Positions 34,842 to 45,635 of a DNA stretch of 48,237 bases are shown one piece after another. The DNA comes from Chara braunii (taxonomy: Eukaryota; Plantae; Charophyceae): assembly GCA_003427395.1 (NCBI GenBank), contig BFEA01000031.1, positions 2,138,835 through 2,187,071 of the forward strand, in the 5' to 3' direction. Under the pieces are notes generated by a model. It saw only the letters and a program-made list of their open reading frames with translations, searched no databases and had not been told where the DNA came from. How positions within the stretch are numbered: position 1 is the first letter of the stretch; each line of letters starts with the position of its first letter. The position numbers were made by a program, and so were the translations under genes.

Positions 34842-35346
34842 GGTAATTGCATGTAGCAGCCTTGCATTCTGCCATCACAACTCGTAATTTTTGTTTTTCG
34901 TTTTGTTTTTTCTTCCAAAGGGGAGATGTCCTTGAGGTATCATTATTGAGGTTTTCACTGGGCAGTGGTTTCACAGGTTTCATGTCTTTGCATTTCTGGT
35001 CACCAGGGGGTTGGTTCCCTGCAGGGTTCAGACCCTGTAAGCGAAACTGGATAATGCTCCCAGATGGTTATGTTCCGGGTAGACTGTGTCGAGGATCTCT
35101 TTGCAATGAATGGACCGAGTCCTTTTTCTTTTCTTTTTTTTCTTTTTAATCGTCATTGAGCTGACCAGCCCCAGGCAATTTAGAAATATTTGGTTTTAGT
35201 CATCTAGTTCCATCATCTGGATTCGAACGCTGACTTGTATTCTAACAGTTCATCGGTGTACCCGCGGAGCTTGGCTCTTGGGTGCACAACTCGTTATCGG
35301 ATAAAATCTGCCACGGAAAATATGCCATTACCTTTGAGTGTGCGTA

Positions 35347-35848
35347 TTCTGGTTACCAGCTTCTGGAAATGTGGAGTTTTAGCAGTCTGGCCTTTTTTTT
35401 TTTTTTTTTTTTTTTTTTAGCTTGATGTGCAGTGTTTTTACAAAATGTACTGCGAAAAACTATGCGGCGACAGGTATTTTAAAACTGTATACGATTTTGA
35501 GGGAAGGGGAGAATGAAGGTATGTGTACCGTGTTTCGTGTTTTTTGTTGTATTTTTGTGTTTATTTGTGATTGACCTGTCTGTACAGATCAGATGGAGGG
35601 ATGAGATCAAGATGTCCTTCAGTTTTCATATTCCGGTTACCAGCTTCTGGAAATGTTGAGTTTTAGGTTTTTAGCATTTTGAGGTATTTTGTGATCAGAT
35701 TGTTCAGTACTTTTTACAAGATGTATTCCGAAGAAGTTTCGGCGGACATGTATCCTAAAAATCGAGAACGAGTTTTGAGGTATTTTGTGTTGATCTGTGA
35801 TTGACCTGTCTGTACAGACCAGATTGAGGGATCAGATCTCAAGATGTC
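35347..35848. repeat. Diverged two-copy tandem repeat
   Basis: ggttaccagcttctggaaatgt and tgtgattgacctgtctgtacaga blocks each occur twice in the same order. Confidence 0.8.
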
Positions 35849-36154
35849 ATATCCTCATGGGCCCATGGCTGACAGGGTCCAGTCTCTGAGCAGTCGCAGT
35901 CTTCATGTCTGCTGCTAGCATGGGCTGAGCAAAAGGGGGAGTGAATCATTCAATCGTGTTACAAGTTGCAAGTTGAAATCTTTCGGTACAGGATGGGTGT
36001 CATCTGTTTCTGAGGAATGGAGGTTGCTCAACATGTAGGATATTTTGTTTCTAACATTTCCTTTTCTCAATTGGCTTGGCTGTTCGGCTTGTTTTGTGTC
36101 TCTCTTTCCTCTGTGTTGGTATGCAAATTGCGAATGGGTGCATTTCAACATTAG

Positions 36155-36596
36155 TCTGGTTCTGTGTCAACACCGTAGGATCAATCTTGATTGGCTTTAC
36201 AGTGTCGCTGGCATGTGCATACATCCTCCAGAACATCGATCAGGAGAATGAGTACTCCAAGTTTGAGTTGGGGTTTATCCTCCTCTCGGCGTACTTCGCA
36301 TATCTGCTTGCGGAAATTCTCTCATTGTCAGGTATCATGGCACTCTTCTTCTGCGGCATCTGCAATGCCCACTATGGTTATTACAATATCTCGCAAGTGT
36401 CCAAGACTACGACGAGGTTCGCATTCGAGGCTCTTGCCTTTCTGGCAGAGATCTTCCTGTTCGCATACCTTGGGATGCAAGTCGTGGTGTTGCGGCATGT
36501 AGTTGACAAGGGGTTAATGATAGCGGCAATTCCTTTGTGTCTCCTTTCGAGGGCAGTGAATATCTTCCCTCTTGCTTACATTGCAAACAAAGGAAG
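36155..36596 (+). CDS. NHX: Na+/H+ exchanger exon 6
   Basis: TTAG|(V)WFCVNTVGS...AYLLAEILSLSGIMALFFCGI...FLAEIFLFAYLGM...LSRAVNIFPL...KG AG|GTATGT, phase 1 to 2. Confidence 0.97.
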
Positions 36597-39500
36597 GTAT
36601 GTGTGCGTTCTGCTCTTCTTGGTTGCCTTGTTGTTTTGATTTTTCACACCCTATCTATTGTTGCATGTTAACTTTTATGTAGAATGGTCAAGCCAAACAG
36701 GTTACTTATCTAATCCCCACGCGCCCCAAAATTTTCAGCTCAGCACCTTAGGGGGTCGTGGACTTCGTAATTGGATATGGACACCACAACCAAGAGGCCT
36801 AAAAAGATATGCTCATGGGATGTCATTGCCCAAACTCTATAGATCTTGCATAGTATTGCGCTTGACAGCAGAAAGTTATGGGTTCACGTTTCAGCTCGTG
36901 CAGGCAGAGCGTTTTCTGTTTGTTTTTTTCAATGTACGGTGGTTCATCAGTGCAAAAGTATCTTGCCTGGCTGTCTGTCCAGATACATGTAGTGGAGGAA
37001 GGTCCGTTCTTGGGCTTGCACCTCGGACAGCACTGCTACTCTGGTTTCACGAAACCCAAACCCATGACTTTCTGCCCAGAGCGCAAGGACGTTGAAGGAA
37101 AATATAAACTCAGCAAGCCACTGCTGAAACATCGTCCTGGCTCAGAGTGGACGAGGAGCGTAGGGACCTGCTAATAATGTCTGGTCCATGGTCCATTGGA
37201 CCACATGTTGCTAAAATGAGAAGCTGGGGCCTACTGGAACCTTCATCTCAAACGAAGAATGTCCGATGGTTCGCCTCTGCTGATCTGCTAAAATCAGCGG
37301 CAGAGATCCTCCTCCCAGTTTTTTCACCAAGTGGGGCCCAAAAGGCCCTGTTTGTTTTTGTAAGGGAGGCAACAGCCTCCCGGGGTCAGGGGAATCGCGC
37401 AGATGCCTGTGACTCCCCGGTGCCCCCCCCCCCCCAAGCACGATGCGCTGGGTTGAACCGGGGGCCTGCCGCCCGGGGAGGGCTCTCCGGTCCATCCGGG
37501 GACCAGCACTGGTTGACAGTGCCCCAACCTCCGACAGCACAGCATGGAGAGTAGCCCTCAGCGCATGAAGCCTGTCTTCAGTGCTGTCATTCGTAAGTCC
37601 ACTCGGCCACCAGTTATGCCCGCCGTCCTCCGGATCCTGAAGCAAGCTGCGTTGCCCAAAATAGCACAGTTCAGTTTCCCCGACTATCCAGACCACACGA
37701 ATCGTGAAAAGAACCCATCCTAAGTCAACCAGACACTATTTTTAGACTACCCCAAGGACTACGAGACCCAACCTAGACCTGACCGAACCAAAGCGGCCTA
37801 CAGTACCAAAAGGCAGTAGTACCAGTCAGTCCATAGCACAGGCCAGTTAGAGCCTGGAAGTCAGCTTTTAACAAATATGTTCTCGTAGGGACATGCCGAT
37901 AGCGGACACAGATTAGGCCTCTAAGGTCAAAGAAATTACAGAACTAACACTACTACGTGTTACAGCTCGCTGCAAATCTGCAAGGTCATTCCACAGGTGT
38001 AACTCTTTTGTCTGGAGGGCAGTTAATCCCTTCAAGCGAGGGCAATCAATGCTGCTCCTCCCCTCAGTTTCACCTTGGCTCCTGTACGACATGTACGAGG
38101 TTCGCTTGACCCCGTTTCCAGCTGGTGCTGCTGCGCACCAATAGATTGGAGCTGTCTTTGAGTGCAGGCCTATTATTGGGGTCTGCTCTTATCAACCCCA
38201 ATAATGGGTTTCCCGGACATGTTTTTGGGAAGAAAAAAACAAAAACAATAACAGCCCTGACCTGGCAGGATACCCCACTGGGTGTCGCATTGGCCTTGCG
38301 GTTGCAAGTGACCCAGTCCCTTCTTTAATAGGTTTCCTGATGGCAGGCCTGGTGAAATTCCCCACTGTTCCAGCTACCAGCCGTACTGTTGCTGCCAGCC
38401 CATCTACTCTGGACACTCTGCAAAAATGTGTCTTGCATGCTATGGTTAATTTGCTGCTGCATCTGCTACCAGCTTTGCTGTTGCTATATGATCAGCACTT
38501 CCTTCTACACCCTTCACGCATGAGCAGGTATTTGCTGCTGCATCTGCTACCAGCTTTTCTGTTGCCCTATGCTCAGCACTTCCTTCTACATCCTTCATGC
38601 GCGCGCGCTCTGTGCGTGTGTGATGTACACGGCTTGATTGCCCACCGTTCTCTGTCATTGCTTTGCCAATTGGCAGCATGACCAAGGTCCGTCCCACTAC
38701 TGTTTTCTGTCAAATTATCATCTTGGGCTTGACGCTCATCTGTGTCAGAAGAAATCGACTTAGGTGTGCTAGCAGCGACAGTTGGGTCGACGGTGGGCCT
38801 TGTGCGAGCTTTTCCTGGACTGTGCCTGCTTTTTCCTTGCTTGACGGTGTAGAGCTAGTGGCCGAGCCAGCTCGGAGCAGGCTCGGCGGGGAGCTTTTCC
38901 CAGGCCAGATCTGCTATTGCAACACCTGCTTCTTCATCTAAGGTTGCAGAGAAAGCATGATGAGGACCTCCTTCCGTAACTGGATTGTTCATTTACCGCT
39001 AATCAGAGTGCAGCTAAAGAGAAAGAGCTGCGGGGTCATGAATGTTCAAGGAGTTTTAGAGAGTTCTAGAAGTAACGACTTGTAGTTCTCACCAGGGTTT
39101 TCTGTAGAAGGCCTTTGCACAGCGTATGAGGGTCTTATCACGAAGATACAGGTTTGATGTGGACAGTTCTCTCACTGGCCTTTTCTTTTTTGTTAGTATG
39201 AAGATCTCAGATGACTGCTGAATTGTTGTGCAAAGAATTTGCTGGAGCCGATAACTTCATTTTGCTCAGCAAATTTCTGTCGCAGCCAATGCAACCACGT
39301 CCTCCTTTTTTCATCCCCCGGTGACGTCAGCTTGCTGGTAAGACACCAGAGAGACCTCCCTCAATAGTCGTCGTGTTGAAACTGGCACCGGTCATAAAAA
39401 ATGAACGAAGTTTCCCGTGTGGAACGTTGCCTGATGGTGCACAAAAGAGTGTGGGAGTGCTGCTAGATCTGAAAGAAGTCTCAATCCATCTGAAAGGCAA

Positions 39501-39925
39501 ACTGGAGCAGCTGTCTGGTCGATCTAATAGTGTTGGTCTCCTATCTATTAGGATTGGCATGTTGCAGATGGTGGTGGGGTCTTTTGTTGATAAATAAAAC
39601 TCTTTCTATGGTGAAATTCGATGTTCTCAGGCTATGCTGCTGACCTTCACTTTCAAGAATGGACGTGGGTGCTGTTTGGTTAAATCGGCCTTCACTTTCA
39701 AGAATGGAATGTGTGTGCGTGCTGTTTGGTTCTAAGTTCTTCAATTGGCAAGTGTTCATCTACTTGTCTAGGATGTTCCGAATTTCTGCAATTCTCTCTG
39801 TGTGCTCGTATATAAGCAAACTTCACTTTTAAAGAATGAACGCGTATGTGGGTATTGTTCGTTTCTGTATTCTTGAATTGGCCACTCTTCATCTTATGCA
39901 TCTTCTGGTTCAGAGTTCGACCAAT

Positions 39926-40128
39926 TGTTTGTGCCAAACTGTTATTGCCAGACTGTTTGTAAGACACTGGTTGTCCCGAACTGTGCGTGCTTAACCTATC
40001 TGTGCTAACCTGTTTGTGATACACCTGTGTGCGTTAACCTGTTGTGATAGACCTGTTTGTGCTTACCTGTTTGTGATAGACCTGTTTGTGCTTACCTGTT
40101 TGTGCGAAACTGTTGTGCTTGCGACGTG
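39926..40128. repeat. ~14-bp-unit minisatellite bounded by a 15-bp direct repeat (cagagttcgaccaat)
   Basis: Units like acctgtttgtgctt. Direct repeats at 39911-39925 and 40129-40143. Confidence 0.85.
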
Positions 40129-40131
40129 CAG

Positions 40132-40732
40132 AGTTCGACCAATCACAATGGAGATGAAGCTGATGATGTGGCTTTGTGGCCTCAGGGGAGCAGTTTCTTA
40201 TGCGTTGGCCGTCAACATGCCAACAGACAATCGTGCAATTGAGACCACGACGCTGTTCATTGTTGTGTTTACGACTCTTGTTTTTGGCTGTGCGACTGCA
40301 CCTACAATGCGTTATCTGCATCTTGTTCCAAGCACGTCTGCAACGGCAGGCTTTACCAGCTTGGATGCTTTGCTGGACAGGGGAGCTGGAGACTGGGGGT
40401 TGAGTGGTCCGAATGACGACTCCGGATGGGGTCCGCCTTCAGGCCCGCATAGGCTGTTCAAGTGGATGGATGACAATTATCTGAAGCCTGTCTTTGGAGG
40501 CCGCAGAGACAGGGAAGATCAAATCCCTTTTATACGGGATGCGCAACGTTCCAGTAGTGTAGAAAGCCTGGGCATCGGGGCAGAGAATGGAGAGGGAGGT
40601 CTTGTGCTCGGCGATAATGCCAATGGGCTGAGTGACGATGAGGAATTCAGAAGATCGCCAGAGCTTAGAAGTTATGAACTTCTAAATGCCGCGGATGATA
40701 TGGTGGTCAGGCAAGGGGGACCTGTAAGATGA
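40132..40732 (+). CDS. NHX: Na+/H+ exchanger exon 7 (terminal)
   Basis: TGCAG|(R)VRPITMEMKLMMWLCGLRGAVSYALA...TTTLFIVVFTTLVFG...DDNYLKPVFGGR...*. The seven exons sum to 1656 nt = 551 aa plus stop. Confidence 0.96.
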
Positions 40733-41156
40733 CTCTAGTCTTTAGATTCCTGTTCCCCTCCTTGGCCCCCCTGCCCCCTCCTCCTTTTGGGTCTACACAT
40801 TGTAGTTGTTGGTAAGTTGCTAAGTTTGTGTTTTTTAGTTGTATCCGGATATCCCTTTGCACAGCAGCTGCTTGCCCTTGTTTCCTCTTCTCTACCATTG
40901 ATGCCTCCATGATGTTATGTCAATTCTTTTGCGTCAGATTTTTCAATGTATGCCTGCTTGTTTTATTTATTGCCAATCCTCGATCCTGAATACAAGTTCT
41001 GTGAGAGTAACGACAATGTCTGAGCATTGGTAGACTCTTTCGCGTAAAGGATGTGCACCATGTTCCGAATGATTGCAGTACATGTCAGCTTTCTTCTCGC
41101 TTGGTGAGTGCATAATCATCGATGCTATGGGTTTCTTCTGTTTTGTCTTTCCTTTG

Positions 41157-41290
41157 TGTATGTGCATGTGTATGTGGAATGTGTATCTGTATGTGTATGT
41201 GTGTATATGTGTGTATATGTGTATGTGTGTATGTGTGTATATGTGTATGTGTGTATATGTGTATGTATGTGTGTGTATGTGTGTGTGTGT
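41157..41290. repeat. (TG/TATG)n microsatellite
   Basis: Visible. Confidence 0.95.
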
Positions 41291-42232
41291 CTGCATCTCG
41301 CTACATGGCCCCTCTTTGCAGAAGGATGGACGGATGGATGCTAGATGGTAGATACCTGACATTCAGTTCTCCATTTTCGCTTAGACGATTTGCTGCTGAA
41401 TTTTGCAGCATATTTGTCATCAATTTTCCAGCGTGCTGCTTGAGGAAGCATGAGCTGGCTTGTTCACTGGAGCCAATGTTGGATGAATGAATCGAGTCCT
41501 GAATGTCCTTTCAAGTTTGCTTTCGACAGGTGTTGTGTGTGAAGTATTAACTGCCAGGAAACTGGTCATCGGATGAAATGGGTGATTCCTTTTCTTCGTT
41601 TAGTGTACAATCTTACAAAGCGTGTATTTGCTGTACACACTTCGTTTACTGTACAAAGCGTCGATGCTGTACACAAACTTGTAGCTCCGACAAATTGCTT
41701 TTGCTTAAATTTTTCGAGATATATTTTTATCCGGAGATGTGTTTTTATCCGCCATGTATGTGTTTCTGAAGCAGTGCTAGGTTCTTGTGCCATCAAATTG
41801 CCACTGCATCCTTGTGTAACGTTCGCATACGGGGGGAGAACCAGAAATGGGAGAACATGAACGTTAAAAATAATTAAATAATTAAGTAATAGTAATTAAA
41901 TTCAATTAGAGGGCAATCCGCAGGAAACCAACATATGTCTGTGTAGGATCCTCGGAGACTTTACGTGGAGCTACTACTAATTAATAATATAAAAGAAAGA
42001 CCAATGACTTGTGAGTATATGTACGATAGATACCTTTGTTTGTATGTCGTGTCACAAAATAGCTGACAGATCTAATATGGAGACTTGAAGGATAAGAAAG
42101 ATAATTAATAAAGCGCCCATTGGAACTGTTTGTAAGAAACCATTCTAACTAAAGATGTAAATAAAGATACGTATAGTGCTGGAAAAGTGAAAATAAGGGC
42201 TCAACCATACATACCGCTCTTTGTTTCTAGTG

Positions 42233-42316
42233 TACGGCTAGCGGGACTTGAGCCCACAAGGCGGAAGTGCCGCCACATCCTAAGTGTGGTGCGTAAACCA
42301 ATTTCGCCATAGCCGT
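42233..42316 (-). tRNA. trnL: Mitochondrial-type tRNA-Leu(UAG), NUMT copy
   Basis: ACGGCTA acceptor stem, CCACA-CT-TAG-GA-TGTGG anticodon arm, long variable arm. Confidence 0.9.
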
Positions 42317-42390
42317 TTCTTTCTGGAAAATGTATACAAGTTAGTTGCCTGAAAGGAGTATAAGCATGTCTACCCCACTTCGTGGCCTTA

Positions 42391-42456
42391 TGGGTATACC
42401 AGGATTTGAACCTGTGACCATTAGGTTAAAAGCCCAATGCTCTACCAACTACACCC
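42391..42456 (-). pseudogene. trnK: Mitochondrial tRNA-Lys(UUU) with D-arm deletion
   Basis: TTGGGCTTTTAACCTAA anticodon arm; GGTTCAAATCC T-arm. Confidence 0.88.
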
Positions 42457-42466
42457 AGAATCCAGA

Positions 42467-42520
42467 TAGGTGTAGTAGGATTTGAACCTACAATATCACC
42501 GTTATGAGCGGTGCGTTTGA
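42467..42520 (-). pseudogene. trnI: Mitochondrial tRNA-Ile(CAU)-type fragment, 5' part lost
   Basis: CACCGCTCATAACGGTGATATTGTAGGTTCAAATCCTAC, typical of plant mt trnI(CAU). Confidence 0.75.
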
Positions 42521-42726
42521 TTGATTTCATGCTAATACGCCAGTACTCACCCAATTTCATTTCAATTGAGGATCTAGTTAGTTCCTACGGCGAGCGGCTC
42601 GACTGACTCCTAGTCGTATTGGATCTGGCATATGAAGATGGAAAGCGTAGACGTATGACGCCGCCTTCGGCCTACGAGGTGAGATAAAGGTATAGTCTAA
42701 CCTCTAGTGAAAACTAGAGATGATTG

Positions 42727-42835
42727 GAAAGGCCAATCAAACTCGGAGATAGCTGGTTTTCCGCAAAATCTACCGGGGTAGAATGTGTGATCTTTATTGC
42801 AAGAGGTAACTCGATGGGCTAGGGTGGCCCAAAGC
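42727..42835 (+). pseudogene. rnl: Mitochondrial LSU rRNA fragments
   Basis: GAAAGGCCAATCAAACTCGGAGATAGCTGGTTTTCC (E. coli 23S region from ~780) and GATGGGCTAGGGTGGCCCAAAGC. Confidence 0.85.
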
Positions 42836-42889
42836 TAGAATGCCTCGTTTACACCGAGAGAGCCAGCGGTTCAAGTCCGTTATTACCCT
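42836..42889 (+). pseudogene. trnV: Mitochondrial tRNA-Val(UAC), 5'-truncated
   Basis: CCTCGTT-TAC-ACCGAGA anticodon arm; GGTTCAAGTCC T-arm. Confidence 0.85.
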
Positions 42890-42892
42890 GAT

Positions 42893-42966
42893 GGGAAAAT
42901 AGCTTAGTTGGTTAGAGTGCTGGTCTGTCACGCCAGAAGCCGCAGGTTCAAATCCCATTTTTCTCG
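42893..42966 (+). tRNA. trnD: Mitochondrial-type tRNA-Asp(GUC), NUMT copy
   Basis: CTGGTCT-GTC-ACGCCAG anticodon arm; full length with T-stem mismatches. Confidence 0.88.
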
Positions 42967-43054
42967 GGAGGTATGGCTGAGTGGCTGAAGGCATTGGTTT
43001 GCTAAATCAACATACAACAAGATTGTATCATGGGTTCAAATCCCATTTCCTCCN
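42967..43054 (+). tRNA. trnS: Mitochondrial-type tRNA-Ser(GCU), NUMT copy
   Basis: GGAGGTATGGCTGAGTGG..., TTGGTTT-GCT-AAATCAA, long variable arm. Confidence 0.92.
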
Positions 43055-43061
43055 TTCCGTC

Positions 43062-43115
43062 GGGGGCGTAGTTCAAGTGATAGAACACATGTTTTGCAAG
43101 TATGAAGTTATCGGT
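43062..43115 (+). pseudogene. trnA: Mitochondrial tRNA-Ala(UGC), 3'-truncated
   Basis: GGGGGCGTAGTTCAAG...CATGTTT-TGC-AAGTATG; breaks in the T-arm into nad4. Confidence 0.85.
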
Positions 43116-43447
43116 GCTCCATTATTTGACAATCTGAGTGGTCTTATCAAGTGGCCTCTTTTAGGGGCCCTCACCATTTTACTTATTCCTAACTCGAAAA
43201 TATGGTTGATACGAAGTATTGCCTTTTGCACCTCTTTGATCACTTTTTTATACTCTGTTGTTTTGGATACAATTTGAGAATTCTACAGCTAAATTCCAAT
43301 TTGTTGATGGGTTCCTTACTCAAATATCAATTTTTATATAGGTTGAGATGAGATTTCTTTATTCTTTGTGGTGTTGACTACGTTCTTAATACCTATTTGG
43401 CATTTGCATGTTAGTAGGTTGGTTTAGTATTCAAAATTACAAGAAAG
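43116..43447 (+). pseudogene. nad4: nad4 5' fragment
   Basis: DNLSGLI.WPLLG..ILLIPNSKI.LIRSIAFCTSLITFLYS...FWIQFENSTAKFQFV...YSNINFYIG*DEISLFFVVLTTFLIPI; frameshifts present. Confidence 0.92.
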
Positions 43448-43450
43448 TAA

Positions 43451-43661
43451 AAGAATAGTGGCTAATATGCCATAAAGGGCTTGTTGTTTTAAACCAGCTA
43501 ATATAGCATGATGAGCCCAAGTTACAGCAGCTCCAGATGAAAGAAGAATAAGATTATTTAGAAAGGGGATTCCCCAAGGATTTAACAGATCAATACCTTT
43601 TGAAGGCCAAATAGCCTCGATTTCTACGGTAGGCGCCAGACTTGAATGAAAGAAAGCCCAA
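43451..43661 (-). pseudogene. cox3: cox3 fragment, inverted copy
   Basis: [70 protein letters not shown]. Confidence 0.93.
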
Positions 43662-43810
43662 CGCCCTGAACAACTCTTCGAACCTTGTGAAGAACAACGA
43701 AATCATCGGCGTATATTACGAGGATAGCTCGGTCTTCGGCCGCCTGTTGCTGAGCCCACTCATGCAAAGCATTCTTCATTTCGTGCAAAGCAATGTTGGC
43801 CAGTAAAGGT

Positions 43811-44112
43811 GAAATTGGAGCTATTTGGCCTCCAAAAGGTATTGATGTGTTAGATCCTTGGGTAATCCCCTTTCTAAATACTCTTATTTTACTTTCATTT
43901 GGAGCTGCTGTAACTTGGGCTCATCATCCTATATTAGCTGGTTTAAAACAACAAGCCCTTTATGGCATATTAGCCACTATTCTTCTAGCTTTAGTTTTTA
44001 CTGCATTTCAAGGAATGGAATATGTAGTAGCTCCTTTTACCATTTTTGATGTGATATATGGCTCTACATTCTTTTTAGCTTGTGGATTCCATGGCTTTCA
44101 TGTCATCGTAGG
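43811..44112 (+). pseudogene. cox3: cox3 fragment
   Basis: [38 protein letters not shown]...[19 protein letters not shown]. Confidence 0.96.
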
Positions 44113-44271
44113 ATCTCTTCTGGGAGATGGTTCACTCAAAATATTCAATAAGAATGCAAGATTCTTTATTCGACATAGCCAAATTCAAGAATAATATTTT
44201 CTATAGAAGGCTAGTGCACTACAAGAAATATCACCTTCAGTACCTTTCGGAAAAAGTGGTTACAGTCAAAA

Positions 44272-45635
44272 TACAAAATTGTTATTTCAAAGTCGTGCTC
44301 TCCTTCAACTAACAGAAATTCATAAAATAGCCTCTGCGCTCTTGTCCTTATCTGAAGATGTTTATATCGAAGAGATCTTGTGGCACCCACCAGTATGTGG
44401 GCACCTAAGAGTAAATACTGGCAGTGGTTAAGGTAGCTAGTCAAAGGCTACTAAAACACCAAATTCAAAAACTACCCATGCCAATGATAAAGGCAAGAAG
44501 ACTTTCCAGCCGAGTCTTATTAATTGATCATAACGAGGGAAGAACCAGAAATGGGAAAACATGAACGTTAAAAATAATTAAATAATTAATTAAAATCAGG
44601 ATAATATGAAAAATATATATATATAATGAAAAACATATGCTATGCAGTTATGTAAATTTGTAAATTAATAACAAAAATAACTTTTGTTGGGAGATGTCTC
44701 CATATCCGTAGCCAAATGTGAGTTAAAAATTAAAAGTACAACCTCCCAAAATGTGAGTTAAAAATTAAAAGCTAAAAAGTATACCCCCCCAAAAAGTTAG
44801 AAATTAAAAACCAAGGCTACCAACCAGGTTGCCTTGGTAACCCTATTTCCCGGCGGCCCGGTTGTGCAAGGATTAGGGAAGGTTATTTCAATGTCGTGCT
44901 CTCCCTCAACTAACAAATATTCATAAAATAACACTTACCTCGATGATATTACTTCGCTGCCTAACCTTTGCCCTCCTGTCCTTATCTGAAGACGTTGATA
45001 TCGAAGAGATTTTGTGGCACCCACCACTACGTACAAAATTGTTATTTCAAAGTCATGCTCTCCCTCAACTAACAGAAATTCATAAAATAACACTTAACTC
45101 AATGATACTACTTCGCTGCCTAACCTTTGCGCTCCTGTCCTTGTCTGAATGATATCGAAGAGATCTTGTGGCACCCACCACTACGTGGGCACCTAAGAGT
45201 AAATATTGGCAGTGGTTAAGGTAGCCAGTCAAAGGCTACTAAAACACCACATACAAAAACTACCCATGCCAATGATAAAGGCAAGAAGACTTTCCAGCCA
45301 AGTCTCATTAATTAATCATACCGAGGGGAGAACTAGAAATGGGAAAACATGAACGTTAAAAATAATTAAATAATTAACTAAAATCGGAATAATATGAAAA
45401 AAATATTATATAATGAAAAACATATGCTATGTAGCTATGTAAATTTGTAAATTAATAACAAAAATAACTTTTGTTGGGAGGTGTCTCCATATCCGTAGCC
45501 AAATGTGAGTTAAAAATAAGAAGCTCAAAAGTATACCCCCCCAAAAAGTTAGAAATTAAAAACCAAGGCTACCAGCCAGGTTGCCCTGGTCACGCTATTT
45601 TCCCGGCGGCCCGCCGTGCAAGAACTAGGGAAGTC
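44272..45635. repeat. AT-rich ~600-bp tandem repeat (units 44272-44881, partial 44882-45031, 45032-45635); ~55-bp piece also at about 41831-41885
   Basis: Recurring blocks gttatttcaa.gtc.tgctctcc, gtggcacccacca, agaaatggga.aacatgaacgttaaaaataattaaataattaa. Confidence 0.92.

Larger units (their letters stand above)
41890..44112. other. Mosaic nuclear insertion of mitochondrial DNA (NUMT)
   Basis: AT-rich block of abutting, mutated fragments of mt tRNAs, rnl, group I introns, nad4 and cox3. Confidence 0.93.

Noticed and set aside
38700-39600. Old LINE endonuclease remnant on the minus strand (similar weak LINE-like traces at 30030-31200)
   Set aside because: Only isolated weak motifs; needs a profile search.
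42233-43115. Functional nuclear tRNA cluster
   Set aside because: Organellar-type sequences with truncations and stem mismatches inside a NUMT.
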